A stretch of 64,000 nt of DNA from Tubiluchus corallicola (lineage: Eukaryota; Animalia; Priapulida): positions 1 to 64,000 of the forward strand of contig JAQGDQ010000169.1 of NCBI GenBank assembly GCA_030141605.1. The letters are read 5' to 3'. This document shows, piece after piece, positions 26,801 through 64,000 of this stretch (position 1 is the stretch's first letter; each line of letters starts with the position of its first letter). A program made the translations under genes and the position numbers. The notes below the pieces were generated by a model. The model searched no databases. It was not told the origin of the DNA and saw only the letters and a list, made by a program, of their open reading frames with translations.

Positions 26801-29800
26801 CCTTCCCTAGTTTATTCACAGAGCTTTAATTTATTCCATTTTTGAAATTGGTCTTTTGAATTTTCATTCCTCGGCTGTGAGTATCGGGCTGCAAATTTAC
26901 TTGATCAATTATGTAAACTTGCCATGAGGTTGCCAAATGATGTTGATTTTCTGTTTAGAATAATTTAAGTGTTTCTTTGTTTATTATGTCCAGATTTAGT
27001 TTGATTTCTATTATGTTGATTATGTCAAATACAGAAATAACTAAGACATTGTGTGATGCAGTTTTACCCCAGTGACCATAAAGAGGTACTTTCATTTTCT
27101 AAGTTGTTTAATATATGAAAAATAATCAGATCCTTAATATTTCTACACTGTCTGGTATCAAGAACTGCAATTTCCTAAAGTGCAGTTCTGATATTTTAAA
27201 ATTATTGTGGCACATCAGTATCATTGAAAGTGATAAATATGAGGACTATATTGCTTAACTACAGTGGCTGTTAACTGCTTAACTGAATTGTTCAGATGAC
27301 TGGTTTAGATCCTGATGTTATGAAAGTTTTCACCAAGGAAGCTTCTGGCTCTGCTCATGCTGCAACTACTGTGAGTATTGGTTTGTTGTTTTCATGCACA
27401 GAACTCAGTATTTAATTGAACATCAGTTATTTAAGAATTTAAGAATTAAATATTGTTAATCACGTCTTTTCGGGTTGGTTTTAGTTAACCGCGCAGGCCA
27501 TACCTGAAAATCGTTTGATTGTTTCTTTTGTAACAAAACAGGCTTGAAATTACATTTGTCCGGGAACATTTAGTTTGTTTTTGTTTGGGTAATTTCCGAA
27601 GGGCAGGTTAAACATTACTTTCTGAAATCTTCCTGACTTTTTACTCTGCCATTTTTAGCAATAAAGTTCTGTGTTTGTGACAAAGGTATGCAGTTGCTAG
27701 CAATAGCATATAATGCACTCTTTAGTATAACCTTGTAATGTAAATCATTTTTGTGCAAGATATTGTTTTTAGAAACTACATGAAAAATTCTTTGCAGTTT
27801 AAGCTTCCTATGTATATATATATATATAACATGTACTTTTTTTGTAGAGATCGGGAATTGACAAGCTGTGGCCTAACATGCATATTGATGATTACCTGTT
27901 TGAACCTTGTGGTTATTCAATGAATGGAATACTTGACAACGTAAGTTATAGGCGGAACACTCAGTATTAAATAGTTCGTCTCTTTTCCACTCTATTGGAC
28001 ATGTGATATGCCCACACAGAGCCTGTTTTTAAAAAAAAATGCTGGTTCCATTTAAGGTTACTTAAAATGCTGTTCAAAACCTTTGCAATGAGAGGGATGT
28101 GGGAGACCTTTTTTAATTGGAATGGGATGGACAGCTGAGAGTCATTTTTCTACCTTCCTTTCCTTGAATAGTTCTAGCATTGTCATATGAAGTGGACTAA
28201 TTTAGCTAGCTGTGATAACTGTACTATGTATACCTGCCTTAACTGTATGTGTGACTTGTGCCCTGCAGCACAAGACTAAAACCTAAGTCTAGTATTTCAC
28301 TCTGACACTTATTACTGGAAAAGAATAATTATCGTGCTTGCCCAGCAAGTGTCAGTAGCATAAATCCAGTTTTTGACTTAGGGTGCAGTTTTGAAAAACT
28401 TTAAATCTACCAAAAACCAGTCTTGACCTACTAGCATTGACACAATGGTGTGCTTTTAAAGATGAATCTAATCTGTGTCTATGATAACTACTAGAGCTCA
28501 GTCATCAAGGCACATGCTACCCAATATTAGTTTTTTAGCTGGTGACTACAACAGCATAGTGTATTATGTAATATTTTGTGATAATGCAATGCCTTTTGGC
28601 TGACAAGAGTGGTCAAACATTAATGTCTTTCCCCTAAAATATAACCCATTTTTAGATAAAAATCTCATCAGTTCTGGAAGCATGATAATTGAAGTTTAGA
28701 GTGCCAGGTGATTTTAGCAGAGCAAATAATTACTGGAGTTTAAGCACGTTTAGCAGTTTTCCATTTTGTTGTTAGAGGTATTTTGTCAAAGTTCCATTTT
28801 GCTGTTATCCATCTAGCACCTGAATAATTTTTATCTGGAAAAATGCAGTGCTTTCATAAGAAACCTGTATTTTTGTTTGCATTTATCATTTATGGTATTA
28901 TGCTTGAAGTCTCGTTGTTCAGCTGTCATATTGATTTAAATGTTCAATATGTTGCAACCAAGATAATTTTGCAGAAACTTGTTACAACTGTTCTGGGTTA
29001 AACTTAAACTTGCTACTGCTACAAACAGTAAGGAAGTGAAGAGAAACGAATTCAAGGTCGATTTTAATTGTAAACGCATCACAATAGGTACAGTATTATG
29101 TGTCAGTACCCTAGTAAAGAATGTGCATTTGTGTATTGCATTTGTAGGACGGTAGATATATTTTGTTCCTTTTGTAAATGTCAAGTAGCCCAAGAAACCA
29201 TTGTACTTAGGTATAAGTTTACAATTGCCTAAGGAGATTGAGGCTGGATCGAGTTTGAGCCCAAATTCACTAGTGTGATATCACATCATGTATTCGCATG
29301 CCATTTAATTCTGCTGGCAGGAAAAGTATGATGAACATGCGAGATCAGTAAATTTATTTAACAGTTCTGCACACTGGGGCAGTATGATAGTCTGCATAGT
29401 GTTTATTTATGCTGTACTCAAAAGAAATTTTTTCTTAAAAGATTTTTGTAAGTAATGTTAACAGGGTTTATTAAACACCAACCTAGTATTTTGCAGTAGC
29501 TGATGATGGGTGATATTATTTTCCTTCTCCTATGCAAAAAAGTGAAACTGAATTAAAGGCATGTTAGGATGATAAACTCAGTTAACGAATAATCCAAACA
29601 CATCAACACGTGTTACTTACTTACATATTTACATAAAAGGCTGTCCAGCTAATCTGCGTTACACCATTGCAGAGGCTAAAAAGTGTGTCTGAGCAGTACA
29701 AAATAGATCAACTATAATTATTTAATTTCAGTTACAAGTAATTAAATAATAAAACAGTAAACCAATAACATTGTTGGGCTCTTATGTTATATGAAGTGGC

Positions 29801-31706
29801 AATAAAGTAATAATGATTGTCTTTGGTTAGTTTTCACCTAATTAGTTAGCCATGTGGTAATTACTGAAATACTTTTGTACTTCTGTACTTTTTTTTATCA
29901 ATTTCCGTACTTTTGTTACAAAGAAATTAGATTTTTTACAGTTTTAAGTATTTCTGATGAAATGTTTCCATGTTTCAGATGTACTACATGACAATACATG
30001 TTACACCAGAAAAAGAATTTTCCTACGTTAGTTTTGAAACAAATGTCACCCAGGTAAGACATGTAAATTATTATCTACATTGCATGTCACACCCAGAGGC
30101 TTTGCAATTGTTATTTTTTGTAGTTCTTTCTGTAACTCTTTTGTAATATTTGATTTCTTCTATTTGCTTATTAGACAGCTTTAAGTGTTTAATACAGCTG
30201 TGCAAACAAGCAGCTAAATTCAAAGTATGAAGTCTTTTGCTTATGATGTATATATGATATGATACCTAAGATATGATGTATTTCTGGATTTTCTTGATCT
30301 GACTGAAGTCCCTAATTTAATTCTGAAGTAGTATTTTATTATTATATTACTTATAAGAGAAATAAATTACAAAACCCGACCTTTAGTTTTCTACTGGGAT
30401 ACTGATCCAGGTGTTTTACATTCTGAGCCAGTAACTTAGTGAAAGTGCGACAATGACAAGTCTTTTGTTGGAATTATTGATTTTTGCACCCCGATCAGGT
30501 TGAAAAAAGCTAAGGCTTTTAATGCATGTACTGCATTCAAAATAGCGTGCACGGTACAGCAATAATTGAGAATGAAGCATCTGTGGTAAGACGTGGCCAG
30601 GTAATTGACGGGCTAAAATGTGCATTTCAAATATGGTCATTCATCATCTTCTGACCATATTTGGTTGTATCCGTCTGACAGAATTTTTGTCACTGGTTGT
30701 TTGTCATTCCATTATTAAGCCCCTATGACAAATCTGAGCAGCTATGTTAACCACAACATCAAAGCCATTCATGTTATTTTTTTCAGAGCTGCTATATGAC
30801 CCTTATTCAAAATGTGCTGAACACATTTCATCCTCAGAAGTTTTTGGCCACAATTTTTGCAAATAAGGTATGGTATATGCAAAAAAATTCACTAGGCAAA
30901 GATGGATTATCAATAAGTATTACAAGCTAGCTCTCTTTTCCTCAAATGTACATATTTATTTTATTTTTATAACTGCAGGCTTTTTCAGCAATAATAGAGG
31001 CTGTAGGCATTGCTTTGGTGTGTGCGTTTTGGGAATACTGTGTAATTTGTAATAAGTTGAGGCCAATAATACTGACCCTGCTGTATAGGATAACTGATTG
31101 ACAAACTTCAAAAACGTTGCCTTAACTATGGGAATCCTGTGGCTAATATGGGTTTTGTAAATTCCCATAACTTATTTTCATTGGATTTAGTGGATTGTAT
31201 CTATTGCAATCCTTACAACTGCACGCTTAGCACTAGAGTGTACATCACGTAAGCTACTGTGGCTGTAATATGCTTGTGAGTACAATAAATGACAATGCAC
31301 TCGTAAATAAATATATAATAATAAAAATGGTTTTATAAAACCCATTATTTATTTATTTATTTGTACAAAGGGTGACCTATAAGGTTCTCAGAGACATGTG
31401 ACTTCAGTGTTAGATTTTACTAATTTCTGTCACATGATTTATTATTATGATGAGATTTTAGTTATTATTATGCATCTGAAATTAATTTTATTGCCAAAGT
31501 TTTTGTTTGCAAGGCAAATTCAATTCCCTTAAAGTCATGCTTTCTCATCGTTATTGTTGTTTAAACAGTTATCTGTGGCTGCAGAGGCATGTCAGAACAA
31601 GTCTGCATCATACAAATTTGACGGCTACAGGCAAGATGATCTTCAATACGTTCACTTTAAGAATTACAAGCTGGGCTATTTGTCATTTCACAAGGCGCCG
31701 AGCTGA
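20825..31706 (+). CDS. AMD1: S-adenosylmethionine decarboxylase proenzyme, 334 aa
   Basis: Exons 20825-20940, 22202-22415, 23284-23358, 24561-24588, 24713-24822, 27296-27370, 27848-27940, 29979-30053, 30787-30867, 31569-31706; 1005 nt, in phase. Motifs: [14 protein letters not shown], pyruvoyl cleavage site [53 protein letters not shown]. Confidence 0.97.
21190..21650 (+). mobile_element. Degraded 3' fragment of a CR1-type LINE in AMD1 intron 1
   Basis: Broken frames read [30 protein letters not shown] and [20 protein letters not shown], matching the LY.SLVRPHLEY / EKVQRRATK / WN.LP motifs of the CR1 ORF2 C-terminus. Confidence 0.75.
23877..24230 (+). mobile_element. Partial copy of a CAGGGC-terminated (hAT-like) MITE family
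   Basis: Collinear with 61513-61900: CAGGGCTGGA start, internal TTTGAGA.AA.GG subrepeats, CAGCTATGCAA, CAAATTAGAGGGTGGCTCC. Confidence 0.7.
25155..26260. mobile_element. Tc1/mariner (pogo/Tigger-like) non-autonomous element (middle layer)
   Basis: TA|CAGTGTACTCCACTTAATAAATCCA ... TGGATTTATTAAGCAAATTCTACTG|TA: TA TSD, CAGT termini and ~25-bp imperfect TIRs. Confidence 0.8.
25877..26158. mobile_element. hAT MITE (inner layer)
   Basis: TIRs CAGTGGTGTAGC / (rc) CAGGGGCATAGC. Perfect 8-bp TSD GTCTTACT at 25869-25876 and 26159-26166. Confidence 0.88.
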
Positions 31707-34700
31707 GGGATGCTGAAGCAACGTGGGAAACCTCGACATGGCTTCACTGATAAACCTTGCCGTTCAGACATACAAACTCTGAAAGTCAGCTAGACTGTCC
31801 TGTTATGATTTATAGTTTAGTTCTAACTAGAGTACTTTAGTTTTTTGTAAATATGGAACATTGTTGTGATAAGTATAATTAGCACGTACTGCCCCAATTT
31901 AACATGCAAAGCTTATTTTTTATAATCTTCATTATTAATCTACTTTTTTGTTTTTCCTGTTATCAAAAATAAATAATGAAGTGTAATAAATCGACTTGTT
32001 GTCGTTGTAGTGGAACAGTTCTTCTGAATGATTCGATTTGTGCTTGATTTTTACTTCGTAGTTACTAAACCTGTATTCTTTTTAAAAAATTCAGATCCGT
32101 GTGATTCATATTTTGCACTTAGGTAAGATTTTGATGCTGTGTTTTTAGCCAAAATTTTATGCACTATGAAATCATTATCAAAACGTTTGGAACAGTAAGG
32201 TTTATCAGGAAGCTGACAGTGGGCCAGGTTGGAATTAGCACGTGAGTGAGGTGTGTATTAACGGCTCCGTAACACTAGCCCTAACACTTCAATTAACATA
32301 CACTAATTTCAATCTTGCCCAGTGTTTTTGACACTGAAAGGCTTTGATGGTGTTAGAATTAGCTTTTTACCGAGTTGTTAGTTGTTACATTAGGTATTTT
32401 GAATATGTGGTAAAATGATTATTATGAAAGTAATGTATCCAGATAATGGTTATACAGAGGACAATGTAGTACAGTTGAACATTAATACTGGATAATCGAT
32501 AAAGCCCATGCAGAAGTATGCAATGAACAAGGTGTGCAGTAAGCATCTAAGTGAGAAAGTACTTTTAATGTGTTATTGCGATATATAAACTGCTCATCTT
32601 GATAGCTCTAGCTGTTCTATTTTATTGCTAGTGTGTTCCAACTACACCTCTTATTTGCAAATTTTTTGTTGTCCACATACACATTACACAACTTGTATAA
32701 GATGTTAAATTAGCAAATGGGAGCAGAAGCTGGTTATTTCTGAAACGTGTGCATTCATACATATGCATTATCATTTTGTGTGCAGTAATGGTGTTGAACT
32801 GTATTTACTTTTATCTTGCTGTTTATTATCAAAGCTACTAATAATTGCTGGCAAACAAAATTACATTTTTTACATAACACTTACACTTACCTTTACCAGC
32901 TATTATGTTACTGTGATCAATTATTGGCTTTTATATATATATATATACATAAGAATCAATAAGATATTAGAAAAATAATACATGCAAATTTGCTCCACTC
33001 ATTAAGCAAAATAAGAAACTGTGTTATGAGCTGTCAAAACTTAGCATCAAATGTGATAAAGACTTACAGGTATTTGCTATTTGTGCCTGCAGTGATTAAA
33101 TCATAATAGTATTTACAGATTCGCTATTTGAAATAAAGAAACTGTGGTTTCTTAATTTGTATAGTGTTAATTTTTTGTGTGCTGTAGTGACATAAATCAA
33201 ATACTTGTTCCTTGATAGTGCTGGTGGAACTTGCGTGATTAATTTTATTTCCCTGCCACATTTATGGATAAAAAAGATGGCTAAACATGCTACTACTATT
33301 TTGCAATTTTAAAACTAATTAAACTCATAGTAACATTGACATGTTTGTGATCTCATCTATCATTGAAATTTCAAAAAAACAGAGATGTATGTATTACTTT
33401 AAAATAATGATATATTCTTTTGGTAAATACAGTCAAGTAGCCTTTTTTATAGATTTTAATGTGGCATTCAAAAAAAGTTTAGAAGATTTTGCAAACCACA
33501 AATCTTGAACAAACCTCTGTGTGCATAAAATAAGTAACTTTAGTGATGATTTCATTAAATTTCTTACAATTCATCTGTAAAATCTGAATAAGCGATCATT
33601 TTCTATCATTCACACAACATTTTAACCGATCATGCAAAAACAAATGTACCAGCATTAGCTGTTGTTTTTGAACTCCATGTAATGATGGCGTTCCTCATGG
33701 GTGATAGTAATTAGTAACATATGCAATACGAGTAAGAAGCACACTTACGAGATTGATACTAAGCTTTGAATACGGAATTTTCCTTGTGGTTTATGTGTAC
33801 AAAATTACAAAATTTACTGAAAAATCAATTAACATTTCAATGCTTTTATCATATTATCATACTGACAGACAATCTGAGAAAGCAAGCAAAAAAGCAAAAA
33901 TACATTATAATAATTAGAGGTGGCTATTTTAAGAACTATAATACGAGTTCTTGGTATCAGACAGGATTAAGTGCAATAACTGCACTAAGTGCAGTTACCA
34001 TAGTAACTGCAGTTTTCACCGTTTATAAGAGTTTGTGCACAAGATTCCACCAAACCGTGTAATCATGATTGAGCTCAAAAGTAAACTGTTATCTCTGGAG
34101 TGACCGCTCAGTCAACCGGCAATCACTGGATACACCCATCATCTCTCCATGGAAGGGATACCATCTCCGAAACATCACGTTCTACGCTTGACAGCACTAT
34201 GTGCCAGTCCGTCCACACTATGACAACAAGTACTGGATTGCTTATACTGGGTAGAAAGCTCAAAGTTGGTTTTCTGCACTTAATTGTATCACAACACATT
34301 TTCCATTAAGATAGTATTACACCATTTACAACGGTCAATCCAGGATTTTTCACAAATAAAATATCAGCTTAGCCAATCTCAACATATAAGACTTAGATTT
34401 GTCCACAATCCCATAAAGTAAAATTATAAGCCCAACATTTTAACTACCATATTTTCCAGCTTATTCCAACACTTCTCTATATCAAAAGCACATTCTCCTG
34501 TTACTGGAACAGTTCATTACATTTACAAGTAGTTTCATAACTATATAGGCTGAATGAGAAAGTAAAACACCCCTGTAGATAAAGTAAAAGTGCCGAAGCC
34601 AACACACTTTCAAAATGACCTGCATAACACTGACATTTAGGTTACCTGTGGCGCAGGTGTAGTAGTTCAACATGAGAATTGATAATTTAGTGAGTTTTTA

Positions 34701-34813
34701 GTACTGTTCTGAATTACTGTGTTACACACGTTTTTGGTTTTTGGAAGTTTGACAGTAATGTTATCTGTTACTGGTAAAACACTATAGTTATTGTTATGCC
34801 AAAGAACATGCTG

Positions 34814-36026
34814 TGAAAGTTGGGCAAATTGAGAATTTGACGTTTATATCACCTTCTTATTTTAAATGCCAAATGTTTCCGTTAATCTTGATCGTATAGT
34901 GTAAGGTGACTTAAATCTATATATCGTATAGATTGAATTTAATATGTCCGCTTAATTTCTAATTGCTATAAGGTGAATTCTTCACCTGACTCCGAGGGCT
35001 TTAGATTTTAGTCTAGCAAGCAATGATCGTCTTATCTAAACTTCACCTTGACCTTCGCGTTGTGAGAAAAGGTCTATTTCCCTCAAGTTTCCTAGCGACG
35101 CTCCCGCAATATGAGCGCTAGTTAATTCAAAGCGAACTAATCAGATTCGTATATCGGAAATAGTGTTGCTTGAGTTAAACACTCTGATAACATACATTAA
35201 CTCACTCGTTAAATGTCAAAGAGAATTACTTTATTGATTTACAATAATTACTGCTTCTAGATAGCTTACAAGATTAGTTCTTATGCGCTTTTGACGCGTA
35301 CAACTAGTTTATAGCTTCCAAAAGTATCTCTCTGAACAATTCTTCAATTCTATCACCTAAGGTGTACACTTTACACTTATCCTATAGTACAATGTGAACT
35401 TATGCGAACTACAGATATGCACAGTTAATTCTCAATTTACCAATATGTTAAGATTACTTAACTCTGCGGATTTGACCACAATGTACCCAGTACAATTTGG
35501 CCAACTCCAATAGTTGATATGAGACTTTCGTTGTCCAGTGCCTAGATTATCCTAGGAACGCAGAATGATGTCTACGCTGAACTTCTCAAGTTGTCCCATC
35601 TCCTATGTCAGGTAGCCCTCCGTGTGTTTTGCCGCACACACTGCACGTGTCTCGTCCAGTACGACCGGGTGGAACGAGCGCTGGGTTATTCGAACCCGTG
35701 GCTTATATTTCATTGAAGTAACCTCGCAACAACCTTGCACGATTACAACGTCGCACGAAACATTAAAATTTATTGGACAGTTGAGAGGACATAGTCATCG
35801 TACGCCCGTAAAACTTATCCGTCCTCTTGTCTTCAAGAAACAGTGACCTCGCAGAGTTTTCGTTAATTACTAGTAACTTGTGCATATAGCTCATTATAAA
35901 CGGTACATCCGTCTCAACCTAATATTAGCTAATTATCCTGAGCATCCTAGAGTGTCCTTACGTAAACAATAAAGTTTACTTCTTACATCCTACGCCTTCA
36001 CAGTTCATTAAATTCGAGCTTTAACA
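34814..36026 (-). mobile_element. Putative solo LTR (Ty3/Gypsy-like), ~1.2 kb
   Basis: TG...CA termini (TGAAAG...CTTTAACA) flanked by GCTG on both sides (34810-34813, 36027-36030). CpG-rich compared with its flanks, with TATAA-like and AATAAA motifs on the minus strand and no recognisable coding sequence. Confidence 0.5.
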
Positions 36027-37186
36027 GCTGGGTGAGTTCCATTGCACCATCTGTAAATTTATTCATGCAATCAGGGAGGCAGGCGATTTCATACCAAAAT
36101 ATCGAAAATCATCGATTTATAAATTTATTCACCACATTTACATCGACATTTTTAACAACTTATTAAATACTGTTTATTGTTGTTAAGCAGTGTAGTTTTT
36201 TCTGATCTTACCCCATTTTAACCAATGTCTTAAAATTTACAAAATACATTACCTACATAATTGTTTATCTTAATGTTTTTGATAATTAAATTGTAGCTTA
36301 GGAACCTAATTATCGTGTAATCTATTGTCTATGATTTGTTTTTTATGTTTGCAAGCAATGGCAGTAACCTTAGAGATTTTTGTGAAAAATTCACATAGAA
36401 GTTGTTCAGTGCACAAAATCGTTTTCAGAACAGGTTTTTTTATACCTAACCCAACTGACTTACTGATATTAATTGTATTTTGTATAGAACAATTAAAGAA
36501 AACAAACTGGAAATCCTTATGTATATACATCCAACTTTTATTTATAAATGAGCATTAATTCTTTCTCTTTCCTCATTTTTACAACATGGTTTGTTTTCAA
36601 TCATCATTCATTAGTCAAAGGTGCTAATGCAGCTTTTCCAAATACTCCACAATTAACTTTGTAAACCACAAACTTAACTCTAGAAGGCATGTATAGGGTG
36701 CCTATTTACAATACTACCATTGCAATATCTTAGAAATTATGATTTTGAAGAGATGCGACTGGTTCTAATTCAGAATACCTAAAATGTTTTTCAAATATAT
36801 GCACATTTTGTATCAACTTCAGCCTTCCAAGTTGTTAGGATAATAAATTAATAAGTAGAAAATACATTTAATGAGTAAGAAATGTCAAAAAATACGAGTA
36901 CCAAATTAATGAGCAATAACTAATGAGTTTCAAAAACATATCGCAAATTCCTTTTAGTAAAAATCTGTTTAAATTTTAAAATTTCGTCAACTGGTAACAA
37001 AACCAAGCTTGTGTCCAATAAAGAGTGTTGTCAACAGCCTTCATTTCATTTATCTTTCACAGGTACAAAGTACCCATTTAAATCAATCGAAAAGTATTTC
37101 AAAATCACATCACAACTATTGCATGGTACAAAAACAACCAGCTATAAAAGCAATAAATTTATATTAATATCAACTTCTCGCCAAGC

Positions 37187-63282
<26,096 letters not shown>

Positions 63283-63599
63283 GACTGTATTTTATTTTTG
63301 CTACAGCCCAAAGCAAAGCGGAGACATTACGTTCCTAGCAGTCTTAGCATTGAACAAATCTTTCATCTACTAAACAAAAATGTTCAATATCACTTGGAAA
63401 ATCTAATGGCTGTATCAGTTGTGTCATCAACAAAGTATTGTTGATCCATCCTAAAACAACTAAGCGCACTTCTGATGAGCAAGAACGACAACAGCTGACC
63501 GCAAGTGGTTTTAAAATACCTATCTCCACATCTCCATATCAGTGTCGATCGACCTAAAATCTAAAAAAAGCCAACGGAACTCAAATGTTTACGCAACAC

Positions 63600-63630
63600 T
63601 GTGACGCGGTTCACGTAGCTATGGTTACCG
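63600..63630 (-). promoter_or_regulatory. Candidate SLC9C1 promoter with an RFX X-box-like site and a CRE half-site
   Basis: Minus-strand GTAACC-AT-AGCTAC (63615-63628) and TGACG at 63602, in a CpG-rich patch ~330 nt upstream of the ATG. Confidence 0.4.
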
Positions 63631-64000
63631 CTAAGGTATCTTCTTTTCTAGTTCATTTTATTTACATTTTACTGTACTGAAGGATAACAAGAATTGTTAA
63701 GGCTTTGGTTGTACTTGGACTATCTGTAGCTATTGCCACAATAATAATAATTATTATTAGTTACATGTATATTCTACGGTAACACCGTTGTGCTCAAATT
63801 ATTAGGAAATATAAAATTTTCTTAACAATAAGAAATACAGGAATAAGCTTCAATAAATTAGTTAGCAATTACAAATTAATTAATACTACCCATTATTAGG
63901 GATGACTGCACTGGATTTGGACCAAACCAAACCAAACACGAATATATATGGCATGTCTGTATAGGTCTGTTATGTACTGTAACAACATCAAAATGCACAT

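Larger units (their letters stand above)
24854..26809. mobile_element. Old hAT-like non-autonomous element (outer layer of a nest)
   Basis: Degenerate TIRs TAAGGGTAGGA / (rc) TAGGGAAGGGA. 8-bp TSD GGTTATTC (24846-24853) versus GTTTATTC (26810-26817). Subterminal CCGAAT/GGAT-type repeats at both ends. Confidence 0.55.
24823..27295 (+). other. U12-type (minor spliceosome) GT-AG intron, AMD1 intron 5
   Basis: Donor GTATCCTTT at 24823. Branch-like TGCTTAAC at 27276-27283, close to the AG at 27294-27295, with no long pyrimidine tract. Splicing restores the conserved QTLEIL|MTGLD. Confidence 0.85.

Noticed and set aside
31704-31706. AMD1 UGA as selenocysteine
   Set aside because: It falls at the expected C-terminus of a 334-aa enzyme, not at a catalytic Cys, and I could not identify a SECIS.
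35680-35700. B-box-like GGTTCGAAT on the minus strand suggesting a tRNA or SINE
   Set aside because: No A-box at a suitable distance and no cloverleaf could be built.

Overview
AT-rich, intron-rich animal genomic DNA, probably from a marine invertebrate. I reconstructed four spliced genes by hand, checking GT-AG boundaries and reading phase. (1) The 5' part of a Lys/Glu-rich gene on the minus strand (710-6818, running off the left edge; weak resemblance to the jouberin/AHI1 N-terminus). (2) GNB5, G-protein beta-5 (minus, 9 coding exons, 356 aa). (3) AMD1, S-adenosylmethionine decarboxylase (plus, 10 exons, 334 aa), head-to-head with GNB5 with only 199 nt between the start codons. (4) SLC9C1, the voltage- and cyclic-nucleotide-gated sperm Na+/H+ exchanger (minus, at least 21 exons, ~1265 aa). 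The most interesting cluster is around AMD1: candidate hexapeptide uORFs, a U12-type intron holding three nested DNA transposons, and a main ORF ending in Pro-Ser-stop followed by an open in-frame tail. Together these suggest, by inference only, layered polyamine-responsive control. The introns also hold a Helitron cluster with a captured CAC-rich satellite, a young 5'-truncated LINE, hAT and pogo-like elements with intact TSDs, and a long (TA)n-centred palindrome; a putative solo LTR lies between AMD1 and SLC9C1. No rRNA, tRNA or CRISPR was seen.
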